Shown here piece by piece: positions 47,902 to 55,723 of a stretch of DNA of 62,041 nucleotides (positions within the stretch are counted from its first letter, which is position 1; each line of letters starts with the position of its first letter). The translations under genes were made by a program, and so were the position numbers. A model generated the notes under the pieces. The model searched no databases, was not told the origin of the DNA, and saw nothing but the letters and a program-made list of their open reading frames with translations. This DNA is from a virus: positions 1-62,041 of IMG/VR virus record IMGVR_UViG_3300014208_000007; one strand, 5' to 3'.

Positions 47902-48261
47902 CTACTCCTCCTTCTCGCCGGCCAGCGCGACCACCGGGGTCTTGTTGGTGAGTTTCAGTTTCAACTGCTCCGGGTTGTGCTCGAACGCGATCGACACCCC
48001 GCGGTCCTTCCCGATGAAGATCATCGTCGGGACGGCCTTCGGGCCCCGGACGGAGGAATCGACGTGGATGGAAACGCCCGCGCTGGTGCGCTCCTCGTTC
48101 GGGGAGATGGTGACCTTGAGGGTGACCGACCGCGGGCCGTCCGCCGTGTTGGGGTCGAGGATGTTGTCGAGGACCCGCTTGAATTCATCATCGAACCGCT
48201 CGATACATGCGCCCCTTGCGAAATTCGCCAGCGATACCTTTCCTTCTTCCGAAATATCCAA
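47902..48261 (-). CDS. Conserved phage hypothetical protein, 119 aa
   Basis: The LANFARGACIERFDDEFKRVLDNILDPNT... pattern recalls a family sometimes labelled replication terminator protein (weak recollection). Confidence 0.6.
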   Translation of the reverse strand: MDISEEGKVSLANFARGACIERFDDEFKRVLDNILDPNTADGPRSVTLKVTISPNEERTSAGVSIHVDSSVRGPKAVPTMIFIGKDRGVSIAFEHNPEQLKLKLTNKTPVVALAGEKEE

Positions 48262-48294
48262 GGCTTGACTCCTTTCGTGGTTGGAGGTGCTTGG

Positions 48295-48522
48295 CTACTC
48301 GTTCCGGGCGATCGAGGCATTCGCCCACATGACGCACTCTTCGAGGGCCGTCAGCGCGAGCGACCGCTCCCGGGAGGGCGGGCAGTCCGCCATGATGTCG
48401 GTTGCGAACTTCTTGGCGACCGTCCGAAGGAACTCGTACCGCGCCGCCTGACCTCCCTTCGGCGGGTGATACGTGAAGTCCTTCTTCAGGCGGGCTTGGT
48501 CTACGTCGGTGATCGGGTACAT
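48295..48522 (-). CDS. Acb2/Tad1-hairpin-like small protein (candidate cyclic-nucleotide sponge), 75 aa
   Basis: AAAGGAG SD. FTYHPPKGGQAARYEFLRTVAKKFATDIMADCPPSRERSLALTALEECVMWANASIA matches the F-x-YH-x-P ... SRE-x-SLA ... MWANA-x-IA pattern I recall for this family. Confidence 0.4.
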   Translation of the reverse strand: MYPITDVDQARLKKDFTYHPPKGGQAARYEFLRTVAKKFATDIMADCPPSRERSLALTALEECVMWANASIARNE

Positions 48523-48682
48523 GTGGCTCCTTTCGATTGGTGTTGGGCGGCGGCAGGATTGGATACCTGCCTGTGCAGTGGGGCCGATGCGCCCCTCACT
48601 GGCACGGGAGCAGGGCGCTCCGTGCTTTGCAAGACATCGGCCTTCCATCCCCGGTGCGCCGGGGCCGCGCCGCCCTTTCGGT

Positions 48683-48892
48683 TTACTTCCCTTCCGCCAT
48701 CACGATGTCCAGCAGCGCGCGCTCCGCCTCTTCCGGCTTGAGGGTGTCGATGTCGAAGACCGGGCCGATCTCCTTGCTCGGCATCACGTCGCCCCTGTTC
48801 CCCTTCGCGATCGACTTGAATACCTCCTTTGCCTCCGGCGTGGTCGCCTTGAACAACTGGTTTCCGGCGGTGAACAGGACTCCCTTTGCCAT
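48683..48892 (-). CDS. Hypothetical protein, 69 aa
   Basis: Protein-like ORF with no family recognised. Confidence 0.55.
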   Translation of the reverse strand: MAKGVLFTAGNQLFKATTPEAKEVFKSIAKGNRGDVMPSKEIGPVFDIDTLKPEEAERALLDIVMAEGK

Positions 48893-48936
48893 TTCCTTGG
48901 CCTCCTTGTGCTCCGTCCTGGGAGCGGTTGTGGGGT

Positions 48937-49119
48937 TTACTCCTTACTATCCGGTCCAAGCGCCTCCTGAACCCTCCGGCTGTCGTCCAGGTCGATACCT
49001 TGCCGTTTGAGGCTCCGCAACACGCATTGGCATAGGATGACAAGGCCGGTATCGGCTTGTCTGCCGAAGATCCCCTCTCCGTGGCAACTCACGTGCCCCC
49101 GCTTGGCGAGGGATCGCAC
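48937..49119 (-). CDS. Possible small gene, 60 aa (GTG start, weak SD)
   Basis: By hand count about 70% of third positions are G/C in this frame. The start is not convincing. Confidence 0.3.
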   Translation of the reverse strand: MRSLAKRGHVSCHGEGIFGRQADTGLVILCQCVLRSLKRQGIDLDDSRRVQEALGPDSKE

Positions 49120-49150
49120 CTTTTCAAAGTCGAGTGTGATGGGCCTCGGT

Positions 49151-49288
49151 TTACTCCTTGATTTCCTTCCGCATGAGCACCTGACTCCACCCTCCGATCG
49201 GCCACAGATCCGTGACGAATACCCACCCCTTGCGCTCGTAGGCTTCCCGTTCGTCCGCCAGAACGCGCAAGTAAAGGGTTACCGGCAT
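49151..49288 (-). CDS. Possible small gene, 45 aa
   Basis: The ATG at 49288 lies 1 nt after the upstream stop. MPVTLYLRVLADEREAYERKGWVFV... Below the ORF-track cut-off. Confidence 0.35.
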   Translation of the reverse strand: MPVTLYLRVLADEREAYERKGWVFVTDLWPIGGWSQVLMRKEIKE

Positions 49289-49289
49289 G

Positions 49290-49568
49290 TCAGATCCAGC
49301 CCTTCATCGCCAGAGCCATCTGGTCCGCTTCGAGAGATCGGCGCCGAAGATCCTGCGTTGCCTGCCACCACCAAATCCCCTTGGTCGTGTTGCAGGTATG
49401 CGACCGCTTGACGATCACGCCCCACCGCAGGAGTTCCATGTCGTACTCCTTCGCGCCCGGGCAGTTCCAGAGCGCCAACATCGGGCGCCGGTCGAGGTAC
49501 TGAGTACCGACCGGGTAGATCCGCTCCGGGGCGGGCATGGGGGATCCGCAACATTTGCACGTCCTCAT
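49290..49568 (-). CDS. Cys-containing hypothetical protein, 92 aa
   Basis: Internal ATG (MRTCKCCGSPMP) in an ATGA overlap with the upstream gene. Confidence 0.55.
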   Translation of the reverse strand: MRTCKCCGSPMPAPERIYPVGTQYLDRRPMLALWNCPGAKEYDMELLRWGVIVKRSHTCNTTKGIWWWQATQDLRRRSLEADQMALAMKGWI

Positions 49569-49777
49569 ATCCGATTTTTCCCGCGCATTCTTGATTTTCT
49601 CTTCGGCACGATCAACCCGAGGGCTTCGGCAAATTCGTTGATGGAGAAATGAACGGGCGGAATCGTGTTCTCGTGGGGATACCATCCCCGGAGGGAGATT
49701 CTCTTATTCGAACCCCGGCATGTGAGCTCCACCGAAACGCCGGAGGGCGCCGAAAGGTCCGTGCCGATGCGCTTCAT
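49565..49777 (-). CDS. Hypothetical protein, 70 aa
   Basis: ATGA-coupled on both sides. Confidence 0.55.
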   Translation of the reverse strand: MKRIGTDLSAPSGVSVELTCRGSNKRISLRGWYPHENTIPPVHFSINEFAEALGLIVPKRKSRMRGKNRI

Positions 49778-49986
49778 ACGGCGCTGCCCTTGCTGCTTTT
49801 TACTGGCGGCGGATTGCGCCCGTACAACACATCGACGAGGTCGCGGCCCGTGTACTCGACCACGATGAGGGCGTTGTCCTTGCCGGGGTTACACGCCCCG
49901 CGCTCCCACGAATCGAGTAATTGCGGGTATAGCCCCGCCTTCGTAATCAGGATATGGCGTTCGGCATCGTTGAATTTTAGCGGCAT
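49774..49986 (-). CDS. Hypothetical protein, 70 aa; first gene of the minus-strand early unit
   Basis: GGGAGGG SD. Immediately downstream of the promoter at 50006-50034. Confidence 0.6.
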   Translation of the reverse strand: MPLKFNDAERHILITKAGLYPQLLDSWERGACNPGKDNALIVVEYTGRDLVDVLYGRNPPPVKSSKGSAV

Positions 49987-50005
49987 GGATTACCCTCCCG
50001 CGATA

Positions 50006-50034
50006 CTTATAGCGGATCGTGAACCTCGTGTCAA
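50006..50034 (-). promoter_or_regulatory. Sigma70-like promoter, TTGACA-N17-TATAAG, leftward
   Basis: -35 is the rc of 50029-50034 and -10 the rc of 50006-50011. Same hexamers and spacing as the rightward partner. Confidence 0.55.
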
Positions 50035-50066
50035 ATTATTTCTTTCAGCCCGCGTAAAAATGTTTC

Positions 50067-50095
50067 TTGACATGCGCGGAACGATCTTTTATAAG
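50067..50095 (+). promoter_or_regulatory. Sigma70-like promoter, TTGACA-N17-TATAAG, rightward
   Basis: TTGACA at 50067-50072 and TATAAG at 50090-50095. About 115-nt leader before the first gene at 50210. Confidence 0.55.
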
Positions 50096-50209
50096 GGTAT
50101 CAGTTGCGCCGCATCCCAAACCGGAATCGGGAGACGACGGCGCGATGGCCGGGGGAAAGCGGTAGGGCACCGCGCCGGATCCCCCGGCCGCCCACAAAGG
50201 AGGAAGACC

Positions 50210-50506
50210 TTGGACCTGTTCGTCGCTTCCTACAAAGAAGCCAAGTGGCCGGAGATCCTGGCGCTCGGAGAAACGACCGCGAAGGGTCGGGCGTTCCATC
50301 TTCTCCGCAGTAGAGGTTGGACCGAGGGCGAGCGATTGGCACAGGTAGCAGGATTCGATTATAGGACCCGCTGCAGTCGTCTCCGCGACCTCGGCGTGCC
50401 CGTGGAAACAATGCCGTCCGTTGATTCCCCCTGTTACCTGTTTCGCATTCCGCACACGTTTTTAATGGTGTACGAGGAAAAACTACGAGAACGGAGGACA
50501 GCATGA
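50210..50506 (+). CDS. Winged-helix-like DNA-binding protein candidate, 98 aa (TTG start)
   Basis: AAAGGAGGAAG 6 nt upstream of the TTG. In frame with ORF 49649-50506, whose upstream part is junk. Confidence 0.5.
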   Translation: MDLFVASYKEAKWPEILALGETTAKGRAFHLLRSRGWTEGERLAQVAGFDYRTRCSRLRDLGVPVETMPSVDSPCYLFRIPHTFLMVYEEKLRERRTA

Positions 50507-50592
50507 CACCTGAATGGGAAGGACCGGTTACGTTCGCCTGCATGGTGGCCGTGCTCATCATGGGCATCGCATACGGGAGGTTGACCGCATGA
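50503..50592 (+). CDS. 29-aa single-TM peptide
   Basis: ATGA overlaps at both ends and an ACGGAGGA SD. MTPEWEGPVTFACMVAVLIMGIAYGRLTA. Confidence 0.4.
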   Translation: MTPEWEGPVTFACMVAVLIMGIAYGRLTA

Positions 50593-50813
50593 CTCCGAAA
50601 ACGGAATGGAAGGACCTGCTTGCCCGCTCCCGCCGCCTGTTGGACGCGGCGCTGTTGCTGCTCATCACCTTCGCGTTGCTGATCGTGGCCGCAGGGACGC
50701 TGTTCTGCGTCTCCTTCACCACCGTTTTCACGATGGGCCGGAACACGATCGACCGGATGACGGCACGGGTGACCGTCGAGAAGGGGGCGGAGTTTCATGT
50801 CCTTCCATCGTAA
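50589..50813 (+). CDS. Small membrane protein, 74 aa
   Basis: GGGAGG SD. TM segment LLLLITFALLIVAAGTLFCVSF. Confidence 0.55.
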   Translation: MTPKTEWKDLLARSRRLLDAALLLLITFALLIVAAGTLFCVSFTTVFTMGRNTIDRMTARVTVEKGAEFHVLPS

Positions 50814-50913
50814 GCCGATTCTGACGGAGTTCGGCGAGAAGGCGTTGATCGTCCTGGCGACGTTGCTATTCGTCGTCGTGCTGTCGTTCACGCTGGCGGG
50901 GTGGATCGGGTAA
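50797..50913 (+). CDS. 38-aa single-TM peptide
   Basis: AAGGGGG SD. MSFHRKPILTEFGEKALIVLATLLFVVVLSFTLAGWIG. TAATG junction with the next gene. Confidence 0.4.
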   Translation: MSFHRKPILTEFGEKALIVLATLLFVVVLSFTLAGWIG

Positions 50914-51143
50914 TGCCCGTCCGCGTATCCATGTTCGCCTGCGAGTTCCGGTGTGGTCGCGTGTCCGCGAAGCACGATCCCGTCGCAAAGCATGAACCAA
51001 CCTGCTTCCTGAACCCCGCGCGGAGGGCTTGCAAGACGTGCAAGCACGAACAGTTCTTCGATGACGGCCGGAACTGCGCGGCCGGTGTGGACCTCGGCGA
51101 GAAGGACATCCGGTTCGATTGTGAAAAGTGGGAGGGGCGGTAA
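50913..51143 (+). CDS. Cys/His-rich (zinc-binding-like) protein, 76 aa
   Basis: FACEFRCG...H...H...C...CKTCKH...C. Coupled start. Confidence 0.55.
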   Translation: MPVRVSMFACEFRCGRVSAKHDPVAKHEPTCFLNPARRACKTCKHEQFFDDGRNCAAGVDLGEKDIRFDCEKWEGR

Positions 51144-51331
51144 TGTGCGACACCTGCGAATGGGAAGAGCAGTTGGAGGAATTGAACGAGCTGTGCGCCG
51201 ACAACGACTACGAGTGGGCGAACGAAACCCTGTCGGGCATCGCGGAATGGGTCGAAGAGAAGAAGCACATCACTGCGAAGCAGATGGACGCGATCGGAAG
51301 GATCAAGGCCGCGGTGGAGGACCGGCGATGA
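51143..51331 (+). CDS. Acidic hypothetical protein, 62 aa
   Basis: TAATG-coupled. MCDTCEWEEQLEELNELCADNDYEW... Confidence 0.55.
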   Translation: MCDTCEWEEQLEELNELCADNDYEWANETLSGIAEWVEEKKHITAKQMDAIGRIKAAVEDRR

Positions 51332-51359
51332 GGAAGGCCATACGATTCAACTGCGACTT

Positions 51360-51995
51360 GTGGGAGGGGAAGTGCCCAACCTGATCGACATGACAGGAAA
51401 ACGAATCGGCGCATGGAGGTTTCTCCATCGCGCCGGAACGGACAAGGCAACCAACCAAGCCCTATGGTCGGTAGTTTGCGATTGTGGGTTTGAGGATTTA
51501 CGAACGGCCGATCATATGAGGAGGGGCCAGTCGCTTTCTTGTAGTAATTGCTGTTCTGGCAACGTGAAACACGGTGGATCGACGAAGGCCGGCAAGACAC
51601 GCGATTACATCACTTGGACAGCGATGAAGGCTCGGTGTTCCTGTCCGACACACAAACAATGGAAAGACTACGGCGGTCGCGGGATAACGGTTTGCAGTCG
51701 ATGGTTTGATGATTTCTCGGCGTTTCTTTCGGACATGGGGCCATGTCCTACCGGTCTTACGATTGAACGAAGGAACAACAACGGAGACTACACGCCGCAG
51801 AACTGTTATTGGGCAACGCGGAAGGAGCAAGCGAATAACCGAAGGCCAAGGTGGTTGGTGAAAACGCCAGAGAGGTCCTGTCGTTTTTGCGGGGATGTAT
51901 TCGTCCCTGAGTTCAAGGAGCAGATTTACTGCCATGAGGATTGCGAGTCCGTCGATAGGAAGATCGACGAGAGAGAACAAAGGAGGGAGGCCTGA
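51360..51995 (+). CDS. Conserved phage Cys-rich DNA-binding-type protein, 211 aa (GTG start; family often seen as a free-standing homing-endonuclease-like gene)
   Basis: LIDMTGKRIGAW...CDCG...SCSNC...ITWTAMKARC...YGGRGITVCSRW...DMGPCPTGLTIERRNNNGDYTPQNCYWAT pattern (recollection). Confidence 0.5.
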   Translation: MGGEVPNLIDMTGKRIGAWRFLHRAGTDKATNQALWSVVCDCGFEDLRTADHMRRGQSLSCSNCCSGNVKHGGSTKAGKTRDYITWTAMKARCSCPTHKQWKDYGGRGITVCSRWFDDFSAFLSDMGPCPTGLTIERRNNNGDYTPQNCYWATRKEQANNRRPRWLVKTPERSCRFCGDVFVPEFKEQIYCHEDCESVDRKIDEREQRREA

Positions 51996-51996
51996 T

Positions 51997-52884
51997 ATGT
52001 GGACCCAATTTATTTGCCCAGACGACGTGCCAATCAAGATCGAGGACTGCATCAAGGAGTGCCGGATGGATCGCCGCTGTGTGGCAAAGCCGACGCTCAT
52101 CATGTTCGCCAAGGGCCGCCGCGAGTGGAAGGGGAAGATCAGCACGACGCAAGCCCTGAACGGAACGAGGCTCGAATACCTGAAGATCCGGCACGAATAC
52201 GGGGAAGCGCCGTGCGACCGCGCCTTCGCGCTGGCCGGGACGCAGCATCACCTGAAGTACCAGCAGGTCGAGATCCCGAACGCCCTCTACGAGGAATGGA
52301 TGGAGGACGAAGAGGGGACCGGGATGTTAGACTACTACGACTCCGAGATGTTCGAACTGTACGATTTCAAGTTGATCGGCGGGTACAAGGTCAACCGGGT
52401 GCTCGGGAAGATTTCCGAAGATGTAGTGATCCCCGGGGAGTTCTTCAGAAGCGGGCCGAGGAAGGGCCAGCCGCGAACGCAGAAGGTTTGGGGGATGTGC
52501 GAACCGGATCATTTTGAATACCGGATGCAACTGTCCCGCTACGGGTGGATGTTGCGGGATGCGGGGTTCCGGGTAGATCGGGTGTTCCTGCAGGCGACGG
52601 TCCGGGACTGGACGAAGCAGACCTCGAAGCAGTACGGGTTGGACCGGAAGATATACCTCATCGAGATCCCGATGTTCGAGCGCGACATGGTAGTCAACTT
52701 CTACCGAGGCAAGCGGGATGCACTCCTGAAGGCCCTCGAAACGAACACCGTCCCGGAAAAATGCAGCGACGAGGAACGATGGAACGACCGGCGATGCATA
52801 GAGTATTGCCCGATCTGGAATCACTGCGATCACGGCCGCCAAGTCCGCGCAACGGTCTTTCCGAAGGAAGAGGAGGTGGCGTAA
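51997..52884 (+). CDS. Cas4/RecB-like PD-(D/E)XK exonuclease with Cys cluster, 295 aa
   Basis: AGGAGGGAGG SD. N-terminal CIKEC plus C-terminal RCIEYCPIWNHC (Fe-S-like). YDFK and QLSRYGW nuclease-like motifs. Confidence 0.6.
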   Translation: MWTQFICPDDVPIKIEDCIKECRMDRRCVAKPTLIMFAKGRREWKGKISTTQALNGTRLEYLKIRHEYGEAPCDRAFALAGTQHHLKYQQVEIPNALYEEWMEDEEGTGMLDYYDSEMFELYDFKLIGGYKVNRVLGKISEDVVIPGEFFRSGPRKGQPRTQKVWGMCEPDHFEYRMQLSRYGWMLRDAGFRVDRVFLQATVRDWTKQTSKQYGLDRKIYLIEIPMFERDMVVNFYRGKRDALLKALETNTVPEKCSDEERWNDRRCIEYCPIWNHCDHGRQVRATVFPKEEEVA

Positions 52885-54189
52885 ATGGCCCGACCGGCGA
52901 GAGTTTTCAATTTTGCAACGCAACGCCCGCACACGACGTCCATCATGGGCCTTTCCCAGACGGTGCAGTTGACCCGCCTCGGCAAGATCCACCTGGGGAT
53001 CAAGAAGGCGTCCTCGAAGAACGCCGAGTGCAAGAAGAAGAATCACCCGTCGGAGCCGATCTGCATGTACTGTTCCTACCCGGTACAGACGGACTACTTC
53101 GTGTTCGGGGGGCCCGGGGACTACCCGCCGGGGATCCACGAGGCGCTCGTCAAGGAGTACGGGGAGAAGCCGAAGTCCCTCCAGTTCTACTTCCCGACGG
53201 AAAACCGGGCGCTCGTGTTCCCCCACGCCCTCAAGTTTTACAAGGGACCGCGCCTGTGGTGCCGCGGCGACAACCAGACGGCCACCCGGATCGACGAGAA
53301 GACGGGCGGGCAGTTCTCCGTGAATTGCCCCTGTGAGCACTTGGGCGCCGGCTGCGCGCCGAGAGCTTCGCTCATGATCGCACTCTACAAGGTGAAGGTG
53401 TCCGGCGTGTTCCAGTTGGATACGGGATCTATCCACAACATCATCCGGACGAACTCCTTCATGAACGAGATTGCGGGCGACCCCGCCCACCCGGAGACGA
53501 CCCATCAGTCGCTTCTGCGCCGGATATCCTACGTCCCCCTGACGCTCTCCCTGATCCCGCAGCAGATCATGACACCCGGGCCCGAAGGAAAGGCGGTCAC
53601 CAAACCCCTGTGGGTCTTCACGTTCGACGGAGACGGACGCCAGGCCGCCATGCTCCGCCAACGGGACGCGATTTCCGCCCTACTGCCGGGACAACCCGAG
53701 ATGGCGGCGCTCCCGCCTGCTCCGGACGACCGGCGGGACGACGTGCGTGACGCCACCGGCCCTACCCTCGACGGAAAGCCCCTGACGCCCCCGGACGAGG
53801 CGATCGAGGGGGATGTGATCGACGGGGAGACCGGGGAGGTGCTGCAGGAGGCCGTCAAGGATGCCCCCGGTCCGGAACCGGACCCGAAGGCCCCGCCCTA
53901 CGACCGCAGCGTGCCCGTGGAGGCGCCGGCGCAAGGCGAGGTACCCTTCCCGGAGGCCGAGAAGCCCGCCGCCGAGGGTACCCCCCCGCCGCCCCCGACG
54001 TACCCGTGGACGAACAAGCTGCCCCAGGACGCCGGCAGCATCGTCCAGACCGTGAACGCCATCAAGTCCCGGGACGAATTCGACGCCTTCAAGGCCGCCA
54101 TCGAACCGATCTTGGCGGAGAAGGTGAAACCCGGGATGCGGAAGGCGGTCGAGAATGTGATCACAGAGAAGCAGGCGGAACTGTACTAA
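52885..54189 (+). CDS. Hypothetical recombination/replication-module protein, 434 aa, with Cys-rich core and Pro/Asp/Glu-rich C-terminal half
   Basis: GAGGAGGTG SD. Conserved-looking core (KIHLGIKK...DYFVF...LWCRGDNQTATR...CPCEH). Family not recognised. Confidence 0.65.
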   Translation: MARPARVFNFATQRPHTTSIMGLSQTVQLTRLGKIHLGIKKASSKNAECKKKNHPSEPICMYCSYPVQTDYFVFGGPGDYPPGIHEALVKEYGEKPKSLQFYFPTENRALVFPHALKFYKGPRLWCRGDNQTATRIDEKTGGQFSVNCPCEHLGAGCAPRASLMIALYKVKVSGVFQLDTGSIHNIIRTNSFMNEIAGDPAHPETTHQSLLRRISYVPLTLSLIPQQIMTPGPEGKAVTKPLWVFTFDGDGRQAAMLRQRDAISALLPGQPEMAALPPAPDDRRDDVRDATGPTLDGKPLTPPDEAIEGDVIDGETGEVLQEAVKDAPGPEPDPKAPPYDRSVPVEAPAQGEVPFPEAEKPAAEGTPPPPPTYPWTNKLPQDAGSIVQTVNAIKSRDEFDAFKAAIEPILAEKVKPGMRKAVENVITEKQAELY

Positions 54190-54214
54190 ACCTACGAAAA
54201 TACAGGAGAAGGAT

Positions 54215-55723
54215 ATGCCAGACATGAGGATTGCTTGCTTGACGATTCGAAACTACCTCGGAATTACCGAGGCGAAGATTACCCCGAAGGGGAAGGTGAC
54301 CGTCCTTGCCGGCGACAACCGGCAGGGAAAGTCCTCGGTCCTCAAGGCCATTCCCGCGTGTTTTCAGGGGATGACGCCCGCGATGATCCACAACGGCGCC
54401 GAGCGCGCGGAGATCGCCATAGAACTCGGAGACCTCGTTGTAACCCGGGTCCAGACGCTCCTGAATCAATCGGTCACCGTGAAGGACGTGAAGGGCAGGG
54501 TCCAGACCGCCCCGCAGAAGTTCCTGAACGGCCTGTTCGGAGGCTTCGCCTTCAATCCGATGGCGTTCCTCCTGGCGTCCGACAAGGAACAGCGGTCGAT
54601 CCTACTGCAGGCGATGGCCGTGACGGTGACGAAAGAGGAGGTCGAGGCGGCCGCTTCGACGGGGGAATCCAAGGAGATGATCCCCCTCCCCGCCTCCGGG
54701 CCCGCCCTCGAGATGTACGCCGATGCGCATCGGCATTTCTACTCCGCCCGCACCGACGTCAACCGGACCCTGAAGCAGAAGAAGATCGCCGCGGCGGAAG
54801 TCCTGAAGAAGCTCCCGGAGGGGTACAAGCCGGTAGAGGGGATCGAAGAGAAGGCGAAGGCGAACCGGCAACTGATCTCCGGTATACAGGCGACGCTATC
54901 CGGGCTCCAGGCGGAAAAAATGGCGGCGGAGCGCGCGAAGGAGACGCGGAAGAAGACCGAGGAACGAATCCGGAACAATCAGGGGATCCTCGCCCGGACG
55001 AAGGAATCCCTCGCCAAGGAACAGTTCCCCGATATGGATCTGCTGACGAAGAAGGTCGAGGAAGCCCGGCTCGCGCTCCGCGCCGCGGAGGAAGCCTTGC
55101 AGTCCGGACGGGCGATCGTGGCGAACATCGATCGGCTGACCGAGTCCGTCTCAAACATGGAGCGGGACATCCGGCAGGATCAGGAGACGCTGGCAGCCCT
55201 CCCCGGGGCGTTCGACGAGTCCCTGCTCGACGCCGAGGCGAAGACTCTCGACGAACTGCTGACCGAATCCGCCACGATCGAGGCCGAGCGGTCCCGGCAG
55301 CGGATCTGGAACGAGTACGCCATCCTGCGGGACGATGCGACGGAAGCCGAGACCGAAAGCGCCCGCCTGTCCGCCCTGTGCGACCGGTTCGGCAACGAAC
55401 TTCCCGCCCAAGCGGTACGCGAGGCGAAGCTCCCGATCCCGGGACTGGCCCTCTCGGGCGAGAAGATCACGGTCGACGGGAAACCCCTGGACGACTTGTC
55501 GACCGCGGAACAGATGGGCGTCACCATGGCGATCGCCAAGGCGCTGGCCGGGGAGCTGAAGGTGGTCTGCATCGACGGTGCCGAGCGCCTGGACGAGAAG
55601 ACCCGCGCCGAGTTCATCCGGCAGGCCGAGGGGGACGAGTTCTACTACTTCGTCACGCGGGTCGGGGCTCCGCAGGCAGGCGAGATCGAGATCCGGGAGG
55701 GAAAGGTGGCAGTCAATGGCTAA
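54215..55723 (+). CDS. SMC/Rad50/RecN-like AAA ATPase, 502 aa
   Basis: Walker A LAGDNRQGKSS, long central coiled-coil, C-terminal signature/Walker B region (LSTAEQMGV...LKVVCIDGAERLD). Confidence 0.65.
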   Translation: MPDMRIACLTIRNYLGITEAKITPKGKVTVLAGDNRQGKSSVLKAIPACFQGMTPAMIHNGAERAEIAIELGDLVVTRVQTLLNQSVTVKDVKGRVQTAPQKFLNGLFGGFAFNPMAFLLASDKEQRSILLQAMAVTVTKEEVEAAASTGESKEMIPLPASGPALEMYADAHRHFYSARTDVNRTLKQKKIAAAEVLKKLPEGYKPVEGIEEKAKANRQLISGIQATLSGLQAEKMAAERAKETRKKTEERIRNNQGILARTKESLAKEQFPDMDLLTKKVEEARLALRAAEEALQSGRAIVANIDRLTESVSNMERDIRQDQETLAALPGAFDESLLDAEAKTLDELLTESATIEAERSRQRIWNEYAILRDDATEAETESARLSALCDRFGNELPAQAVREAKLPIPGLALSGEKITVDGKPLDDLSTAEQMGVTMAIAKALAGELKVVCIDGAERLDEKTRAEFIRQAEGDEFYYFVTRVGAPQAGEIEIREGKVAVNG

